Below, piece by piece: positions 54,289-64,000 of a stretch of DNA of 64,000 nt; the first letter of the stretch is position 1, and each line of letters begins with the position of its first letter. Both the position numbers and the translations under genes were made by a program. This DNA comes from the human T2T-CHM13v2.0 reference genome, Homo sapiens. The notes beneath the pieces were generated by a model. The model was not told the DNA's origin and ran no database searches. It saw nothing but the letters and a program-made list of their open reading frames with translations. The stretch is taken from assembly GCF_009914755.1 (NCBI RefSeq), contig NC_060925.1; one strand, given 5' to 3'.

Positions 54289-56477
54289 TTATGGGAGACA
54301 AATACTGGAAAAACAGCTAGGAAGGAAAACCAAAGGCATATGAGGTGTGGGGCTAAAATAGATTTAAAACTAAAAGACATCAAAATAGGATACGAATTAT
54401 TTATACCAAAGAAATACCACAAAAGGAAAACAAAATAGAAATTTAGTTGAAATATGATGTCTTAGAAGTTTGGAGATTTTTGGATGTGAGGAATGAAGGT
54501 CATAAGTTTGTTCCGTAGGTAACAACATTGAAGAAGAGTTTACCTATTGAATACCTGCTTTCCCCAGGAGGGAACCCAGTGGATCACAAGAGAGGCTCAA
54601 AAATTCCATCACGAGTTAGCTTGACTACATCTATATTTGACCTGATTTGCTAATTGCCTTGCCTTCATTTTAAGTGTATTGCTTAAGTATATGCTGATTT
54701 AGTATAAGAGATCATCAACCCCTTTTCATTATCAGCTTCTGTATATTAATGTCAGATAATGGCTAGTAATAGCCTTAGTACTCTTAGAAGTATGTTTAAT
54801 TTTGCAAAAATAATGGGGGCTTTCTTGTCCTTTCAGCCCCCGTTCTATGCTTCATTCCATTCTGCCTAACATCACCAGCTCAGCTGGAGGCAGCCTCTCT
54901 GAGAGGATACTTCTTGCTAACACAGGACTACCAGGCCCTGGGTGGACACCTCGCAGCTCCTTTTTTACCTGAGCTATCCATGAAGCAGCTGCCTGGCCTC
55001 CTAAGTGCCTGACTTCACCAGTTTAATTGGTTCCACTCAATGCACACACAGTCACTAAGACATTTTCCAAATTACTTATAATTAATGCTCTAGTCATTAC
55101 AAATGAGCTGTCTCAGGCCAACTCCAATTCCCTATTCAATGGCCCGCATAGGCAGTACAGTCAGAGTGGGGTCACAGGTACCACAGTCACCTGAAAGGAA
55201 GGAGCTCTTTCTCTCAGTTTCCCAGAGTCGTGTCTGTTGCTGCTAATGAAGTCATGCTGGTAAATGGTTTGGCATAAATGACAATTAATTAAGGTGCCTT
55301 TTGCAGTTTGGTATACTTGAGGACTTACCAAAATATCACGCACCTAGGGCCTTTAACACTGTTCCAAGAATATGCAGTTTCACGGCAGCAGCTCATATAC
55401 CATGCCTTGGAGTACTTGTGGCCTCTGGAAAGTTAACATAATCGCCCACTCACCCAAGTACGTAAAGGGTATCTGTTGCCAAGGCTGCACCAGGTCCATG
55501 CAATGACTTTGTAGAATTTTCTTATCCCTGTGAAAGTTGAGGCTGCAGGGCCATCTCTGGCCTTGATTTAACTAACTTTGTAGAAGCTTTCGGTGCTACC
55601 TTTCCAGAGCTTCCTGCCTGGAGCTGCACTAGATGAGAAACAGAGTGCTTTCTTTCTTTAAGAGGCTTTGTGTCAATGTTAGAGGAGTTGGTTATTCCTT
55701 CCTCATGGCCACCCTGGTCTCATCTGGCCTATACCTTCACAGGTTGGTAAATTTTAAGCCCTATGAGTATTCATTTACTTAGAACCACAGAAAAATGGAC
55801 TCATCAGGCAAGGAGGAATACGAAATTTTCAGGGTTGCAACCTAGTGCTCACAACCCAGTGTGAAGAACTAAGTCTGGCCCAGGGCACACTCAATGCTTA
55901 ATACTGACAGCTGAGATGAGATGATGTTGTACCACCACTGACCGGATGAACTTACGAATAGTAGAAACCATTATAGTCACCAAGTGATGTCTAAGCTGGG
56001 CTGTGAAAGATAGGAAGGAGCAGGGCGTGTAGAAGTGAGGAGGACATTCCAGGCCCAGAGGACAACTTGGGCAAAAGCAAGGAAGTAGGAAAGAAATAGA
56101 GATGTCCAAGGAATAGATAGTGGTTAAGGTGGCTATAGTCCTGGTACATAAAAAGGAGAAATAGAAGCTAGTTCTAGAAAAAAAAAATCTATTGTGTGCC
56201 AGGCCCTATCTTGGTACTGTGAATGACATAAAGAGAAATGAGACAATATAATAATAAAAAGGATATGGCCCCCTCCTTCAAGGAGCTTAATGTCAAAATG
56301 AGCTTCCATATAGCATCGTGGCAGCAGCAACAGTTTGCTGAAGCAGTAGGTTTGCATTCTGGGTGAAGTTCTAGAAGAGATCCTATGTGCATTTTAGCTG
56401 GGAGATCCTCATGGGATTCCTATTCATAGTAGTTGGTGCTGCCACAGTAGGAGAGCTGGTAGAAAGGAGTTCTAAGT

Positions 56478-57410
56478 TATGATGATTAATTTTATGTGTA
56501 AACTTGACTGGGCCATGGGGTACCCAGACATTTGGCTAAACATTATTCTGGATATGTCACTGAAGGCATTTCTGAATGACATTCCCATTTGAGTTGGTAG
56601 ACTGAGTAACACAGATTACCCTCCCTAATGTGGGTGAGTCTCATTCAATCAACTGAAGACTTGAATGAATAAAAAGCCTGAGTAAGAGGAAACTCCTCCT
56701 GCCTGACTTCTTGACCTGGGACATTGATGTTTTCTGGCCTTTGGACTTGGACATTGGCTTTTCTTAGGTCTTGAGCTTGCTTTCTTTTATACTGGAACTT
56801 ACACTTTTGGCTCTTCTGGGTCTCAGGCCTCCAGACTCAGACTGGACCTACACATGGGCTTTCCTGGGTCTTTAGATTTGCTGACTACAGATTTTGGGAC
56901 TTCCCAGCCTTCATAGTTGCATAAGACAATTTCTTATAATAAATGTGCATATTGTATTTTACTTATTTTGTTTATATCCTGTTAGTTCTCTTTATCTGAA
57001 TGTATTAGTTCATTCTCACATTGCTATAAAGAACTACCCCAAACTGGGTAATTTATAAATAAATGGGTTCTAATTGGCTCACAGTTCTGCAGGCTATACA
57101 GAAAGCATGGGTGGGGAGGCCTCAGGAAACTTACATTCATGGCGGAAAGTGAAGGGGAAGCATGCACCTTCTTCACTTGGTGGAATGGGAGAGCGAGCGA
57201 GCTAAGGGGGAAGTGCCACACACTTTTAAACCATCAGAACTCTTGAGAACTCACTCACTATCACAAGAAGAGCAAGGTGGGAAATTCACCCCCATAATCT
57301 AGTCACCTCCCACCAGGTTCCTCCCCAAAGATTGGGAATTACTATTCAGCAGGATATTTGGGAGGGGAAACAGAGCCAAACAATATCACTGGAGAATCCT
57401 GACTTATCCA
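56478..57410 (+). mobile_element. MLT2B-like ERVL LTR interrupted near its 3' end by MSTA
   Basis: TATGATGATTAATTTTATGTGTAAACTTGACTGGGCC...GGAGAATCCTGACTTATCCA. Confidence 0.9.
57001..57388 (-). mobile_element. MSTA solo LTR
   Basis: TGTATTAGTTCATTCTCACATTGCTATAAAG...AGCCAAACAATATCA; TSD CTGAA/CTGGA. Confidence 0.9.
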
Positions 57411-58369
57411 TAAGACCAGTTGACATTCAGGAACAATCCATTAGTCTCTACTTTTCAAATTCCATGATGCAGTATATTCTCACCTTTGAAAAGTTCAGGT
57501 CATGCTTCTTTTTGTCCTCTGCCTAGCCTGGCAGGCTGAGAGTTCCTGCTGTAGAAAGACGGGTTGAAGGTTAAGAGGACATAAAGTTCCCCATTCCTGG
57601 CTTTCAACCACTTCAGATCACCCCTAAGCTTTTGGTGTATCCCTGGCTCAGACTCCTTCTACGGGAACTCTGTGGCTTCAATTTCAGGGCACAGTGGGTC
57701 ATCTGGAAAATGACGTCTTATTTTGCGGTGTTGCAGGGAATTGCTATCAGATACACACCATATAGACCAGTGCCATTAAAGGGAAGGAATTATTACCCTT
57801 CACCTATTCTCTTCTTGTGTCTTATCAAAAGGATTTGCCATTAACTAGAAATTTTTCCTTCAAGATTTTCACTTTGCACCAACTGCAGTGAATGAAGCTA
57901 AAGGAAAAGGCAACTCTCCAGGCACAGGGGTATCGTGAACTACCCACACAGCTCTGGCTCTTTCTGGTGAATCAAGCTGGATTCGTTTGTTCTCAGTCTC
58001 ATCCATGCATATACACAGAAATGCACAGGGAGGTGTGGAATCACACTGAAGAATATTTTTATACAATGTCAAAAAGATGCGGTCTCTATGCAGTGCAATA
58101 CGAAGATAAAAACTCTTTGTACTTACAGATTATTTCATCTTAGCCCAAAGTGCTTTCCTGTATCTATTCTAGCTCCTTTATCTACCTCCCAGTTCATGAA
58201 GTCAAAAGTAGAAGGGATGATCCTCCTCTTGGAACATGAAGAAATTTAGGGTAAGATGGATTAAGTGATTTGCTGTCAGTCATGTGGTGCAGAGTCCGGA
58301 TCGGAAACTTGGTTCCTCTCTCCTTCTCTCCATCCCTTGTTCCCATCTTTCTGTCTTCCTTCTTTTCCT

Positions 58370-58760
58370 CCTTCATTAGATATTTGTAAGGAACCTAGAG
58401 GTAATTTCCTAGGTGCTGGTGATATAGAAACGAGGAAGACAGAGCTTCTGCCTCTAAGACAGTCTCCGTGAAACAGGAAATACAGACATGTAAACACATA
58501 AGTAGAACGTAATACTGAGAAATAACAGTAGAGCTTTGAACAAGGCAATGCACGACATCCCATGTTAGGGGAGGCTAAATTCTCCTAGACGATTTGTAGA
58601 AGATTTTACCCTGGAAGTAACACTTGAGTTAGGGATGGAAGGAAGTGTAGGAATTTTACAGGTGAAAGAAAAGGGACATTTCAGACAGAGGGAACAGAGC
58701 GTGCGAAAACATAACCATGTGCAAGGGCATCCTATGGTCAGGGAGCTGCAAGACTGACAG
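58370..58760 (-). mobile_element. L2 fragment
   Basis: CTAGGTGCTGGTGATATAG...GGGACATTTCAGACAGAGGGAACAG...GTGCAAGGGC. Confidence 0.65.
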
Positions 58761-58972
58761 TTTTATTGCAGCACAGTGGGCTCTCTTCTGAACAGCTGAT
58801 GCTGACTTCCAACAGGAAACACTAACCCTCTAATCATGGCCCTGCCACAAGAAGAGAGTCCAGGAGACGTATCGTAAACACTGCCTGACATAGATTAATC
58901 CTGCCTGCCTGTTGCCAGCTTTTGATGACTGTTCCTCTTTCTTCAACAATGAAGAGAGCCATGTCAGTCTAA

Positions 58973-59082
58973 TGACTGTCATATTATCTCCCATTAACTT
59001 CATTATTGGACACTAACTGTTTCTAGTAATAATTCATTCACTGGTAATGACTTGGTGTCCAATGCCTGGATAATTACTGTCA
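58973..59082. mobile_element. Ancient palindromic element, MER135-like
   Basis: Inverted repeat ATTGGACAC 59005-59013 / GTGTCCAAT 59055-59063, imperfect symmetry to a central AATT, outer arms TGACTGTCATATTATC / GATAATTACTGTCA; family name from memory only. Confidence 0.55.
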
Positions 59083-59930
59083 CAAATGCGATCAGACGGG
59101 TGCTTGGGGTTGTTTTCTCCATCTGGGACTAGGGTGCAAATCAACTGAGGGCTCAGAGCTTGTGGGGTTTTCCTGGATGTGACAAAGGAAAATCCCCTCC
59201 TGAGTGACAGGGATGGAGATTTCTCCTGAGGACTGAAAACTCAGAAAAGCTTTTTCCCTGCCCTTGGGCTTGGGAACAGCCACGTGGGTCTGAGTGCTAT
59301 GTGCGTGTGTGTGCATGTGATGCATGTGTGGGTCACATGTGACGTGTGTGCTCAGTGGAAACATGAAACCCTTCTCATACTCTAAGGCCAGTAATTCATA
59401 TCTGGCTGGAAGCTTCTGGTGAATTAAGTTTTATAATCCATGACATACAGAAACCTCCACTCCCATATTACTCAAATTCCACTCTAATTATCCACATTTA
59501 TTGTGAGCAGAGATATGCTGCTTGTTTGGAAGGCCAAGAATGGGGTTTCTCAAATTGCCAGTGGTTGAGGGCAATGTTAGAAAGAGGAATTAAATCTGCC
59601 ATAGAATTTAGGGGTGGGCTGAAATGAAGTATTGCAGTGTAGAGAGAAGGGACCAGCTGGGGAAGGAGAGAAGATGGACAGGGGCCAATGAGGAGAACTC
59701 TCAGTGGGCCAGAGACCTCAGATCACCCTGCTGAGCTACCCCACTACCACTGTAGGGAAAGACAACTTCTATCAAAGCAAACTCTCCAAATCCATAGGCT
59801 AAGAAAGTTGGGATTGTTCAGAAAAGGGTTCAACTTTATTATTCCATGAAAAATTGCACCTTGCTTATACCAGAGAGCGTTCTCGAAAATTGCAAAAAGT
59901 TACCAAGTTTTTTTTACCTGCATAGTAATT

Positions 59931-60522
<592 letters not shown>

Positions 60523-60530
60523 CATAGTCA

Positions 60531-60829
<299 letters not shown>

Positions 60830-61024
60830 TCTATAGTAATTCGTGACCTCAGATTCACAGAATTGAATTGATTACAGTCCTCAATTTATGATACAATATT
60901 AACATCAATCCATGCAATAATTCTCTTTTATTCTGTTATTTTTGCTGCTGTTTCCTCTCTTCACTCTATATCCCTCCATCTATCTGCACCACCACTTGAC
61001 TGTTTCATATATATCCTGGATGAC

Positions 61025-61580
61025 TGCATTGGTTTTCTATGGCTGCCTTAACGAGTTACCACAAACATAGCAGCTTTAAACAACGAACATCTATTATCTC
61101 ACAGTTTGTAGGAAAGAAGCCCAGCGGACTTGACTGGGTTCTCTGCTAAGGGTCTCCCAAGGTTGAATTCAAGGTGTTGGCTAGCCTTGGCTGTTTTCTG
61201 GAGATTGTGGGGAGAGTCTACTTTCCAGCTTATTTGAGTTGTTGGTTGCATACGATTCCTTGCTGGCTGTTTGTGGGAGTCATTCTCAGCATCTAGAAGC
61301 TAATGTATCTCTTGGCTTGTACCCCCTCTACCTTCAGAGCTTGCAGTTGTGTGCTAGATCCTTCTTGTGCTTAATCTCCCCAGCTTCTGCTTCTGCCTTC
61401 CTGTCTGCTTTTAAGGGGCCATTTACCAATCCCAACAATACAGGATAACCTTCTTATTTTAAGGTCAAATGGTTAGTGACCTTGATTACATCTACAATTA
61501 AGTCATATAAATTAACATAGTTACAGTTCTGGGGATTAGGGTGTGGAATCTTCATGGAGGCTATAATTTGGTGTAGCATA
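61025..61580 (-). mobile_element. MLT1D/E-like LTR
   Basis: GGCTGCCTTAACGAGTTACCACAAAC...TTCTGGGGATTAGGGTGTGGAATCTT; TSD ATGAC/ATGAT. Confidence 0.8.
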
Positions 61581-61599
61581 ATGATTCAACTTTTATTTG

Positions 61600-62075
61600 C
61601 CTATTTTATTTGCTTATTTACAAAAATAGCCTTGAAATTTGTGTGGTTTGTACTAAAAAATTACAGAAACAGTTTTGTGCTCTCATTATTTTTTGCTTTT
61701 CCTTACTTATAGATTTTAAAATTTATCCTGTTCATTATTTTTGACAAGTATGTAGCATCCTGCCATATATGTATATTTAATGGATCAAATACATGTATTA
61801 AATATATTTCATTTAATTTATCCATTTCCCTATCTGTGAATACCTGCAAACAGAGCTGCAGTAAATATATGTGTCTATATATCCTTATGGACTTGTGTGT
61901 CATTTCTCTGGGATATACATCTCGGAGAAGTGCGATTGCTATAGGTAGTAGGGTGAAGCATATCTAATTCCACTAAGCATTTCCAGATTTCCACCTTGAA
62001 TGGTTGTACCAGTTTGATCTCCTAATAGCAGTGCATGAATGTTTCATTTCCCCACATCCTCGTGAGTGCTTGGTA
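61600..62075 (-). mobile_element. Old L1M fragment
   Basis: CATTTCTCTGGGATATACATCTCGGAGAAGTGCGATTGCT...GGTTGTACCAGTTT...CCACATCCTCG. Confidence 0.7.
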
Positions 62076-62275
62076 TTAAACCTTGGCTCTGCCACTTTCC
62101 TGCTATGTAACCTTGGGTTAAGATACTTAACATCTCTTCCCCTCAGTTTTCTCAACAGTAAAATGGAACGATACTAGCATCTTCTTCATAATGTCCTGTG
62201 AGGAGTAAATGAGTCAATGTATGTTTTACTCAGAACATAGTCTGGCCCATAGTAGGTGTTATTATTGCTATTCTG
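62076..62275 (+). mobile_element. MIR SINE
   Basis: GGCTCTGCCACTT...CCTCAGTTTTCTCAACAGTAAAATGG...CTGGCCCATAGTAGGTG. Confidence 0.85.
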
Positions 62276-64000
62276 TTATTTTATTTTCAAATGTTTACCA
62301 TGTACCATGGACAGAAGGTAGCATTTTTTTTTTGTTTTAACGTATCCATTTTAATTGTTAGAGAGGTAGAGCATAACTTCATATACCTCTTAGCTATCCA
62401 GATTTTCCTTTATCTTCTTGTGACATGTTTGTTCTATCTTTAATGAACAATATTTTCTAGCGTTTCATGTCCTGTGCCCATCCCCACAAATATTAAAGCC
62501 AAATCCCCAAACATAACAGATGTTTAAATTTGTTTATGTGCTGTGAACTGTGCAGGATGATTTTGCCCATGAAAGAGAGTTACTGACGAATATTAGCTCT
62601 TGCTTCATGCTGGTGTGTCTAACAAGCACCATCACTATGAAATCGTACTCAACCTAGCTCTCTTTTTGTTCACTCCTTATGGGTGTTTAACCCCAATGCT
62701 TAGACAATATCACTATCATTAAGATTGTAGATTTGGTTCTGGTCTGTGTGTCCCAGTTCCCCTCAATCTGTGCTCAGGGCTACAAGTCTACACCCTCACC
62801 ATCTATTGGTCCCGAAGGGGAAAGTATTACAGAGGTGAAAGTCTGACCCCCTGTAACTCCATCTGGGCCACGATAAAAACAACTGAAGGCAGAGGTGAGC
62901 AACAGAAGTCATTTTTGTATAGGGCAAGGATCATTATAGATGGGCTAGTCCATCTGCAGAATGACAAATGGAACTTTATTATGGGTAGAGGAAGCATAAT
63001 TCATGACTTAAAAACAAAATCAATTTAATTTAGTAATGTATTTTATGGAGTTGGAAATCAGTGACTTCAAACCCCAAAATAATAAAATAGTCTCTATTTA
63101 AACTCAACTGAATTGTTATTCTTCATTTCTTATTTTTTCACCTTGTTAATTATAAAGGCAGTTGAAATATTATTTTTGAAATGTTGCAAATGGGCTATAG
63201 TCTCTGTGTGGTATTTGACATACCCAAGGGACAATGTATTCTTACTGTTATTCGGCATTCTTTTTTTGTACAGTTTTTAAAGTTAATGTTTCCTGCTTTG
63301 GAAATCTTTAATTAAAAATGGCCACATGGCATTAGAGGCAAACTCCCTAGAGACTAAGCCCTGCAGGTGAGATTGGATGATGTTGGAGCAGATGGCAAGA
63401 TGTTGTCTGCTGGGATGGGAAATCAGGTTTGTGGTTTGAAAAGGCCAGAGGGAAAAAAGAAGGAAAGAAAGATCTGCTGTGTTCAAGAGTAAAGAGAGCC
63501 CTACTAGACCAATCGGTGTTTAGAGCAGGAGTTTTAGCTGATTCTGAGTAATTGATAAAGAGGCTCTCTCCTCATCAGGTATGGGCAGTGCAACACTCTG
63601 CTTGGGGTTTGAATGGTTTCCATGGAACAGCTTCTGACTTGAAGGTGAAAAGCAGAATTGTTTTGAATCATGTTATTTTCTAAGCCCATAAGAGTAGTTT
63701 TCCTCCCAGGCTTTAGTGTCTGGCCAAAAAAAATCTGCATCTATAGATTATGTACACATCATCTATAAAAATAGATATAGATAATAACCAAACACCATGG
63801 AGTGATGCATTTTTCTTCCCCTCTCCCCCGAAATGTTACAATGAATTATGAAAAGGTTAATCTGTTTCACCTAAACAGAGGGGAAAGCCATCTGTAGCAG
63901 GCCCTGCCTCAGGCTTCCCGTGAAGACGTCTACCTGTGAGCAGCTGGGTGGGTTGGTGAGTTGTCTCAATGCTTAACACATTTCCAATATCAATGACAGT

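Overview
This is primate (human-like) nuclear non-coding DNA, not prokaryotic: it carries AluJ/S/Y, L1PA, THE1/MST/MLT LTRs, Tigger3 and hAT MITEs, and very dense MIR/L2 relics. I find no credible protein-coding gene, tRNA/rRNA or CRISPR array. The ORF track is mostly short open frames in repeats or low-complexity DNA. I cannot name the locus. Repeat names come from recalled consensus sequences, and boundaries of old elements are approximate. The best non-repeat signals are: (1) a compact + strand promoter-like module at 3131-3306 (perfect DR1 nuclear-receptor site, TATAAAG, splice donor); (2) a strongly flanked + strand exon candidate at 6265-6392, which with (1) suggests a tissue-restricted spliced transcript (lncRNA or alternative 5' end); (3) an old ~110-bp palindromic element at 58973-59082 (MER135-like); (4) repeat-free, motif-rich enhancer candidates near 15.4-15.9 kb and 54.6-55.3 kb. 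Structural curiosities include a recent microhomology-bounded 121-bp duplication inside a MER30, a perfect 20-bp double-GATA palindrome in a MIR, a miR-1302-type MER53 hairpin, a rare FAM, and a triplicated L1-endonuclease target site. No new biological system can be demonstrated from sequence alone.
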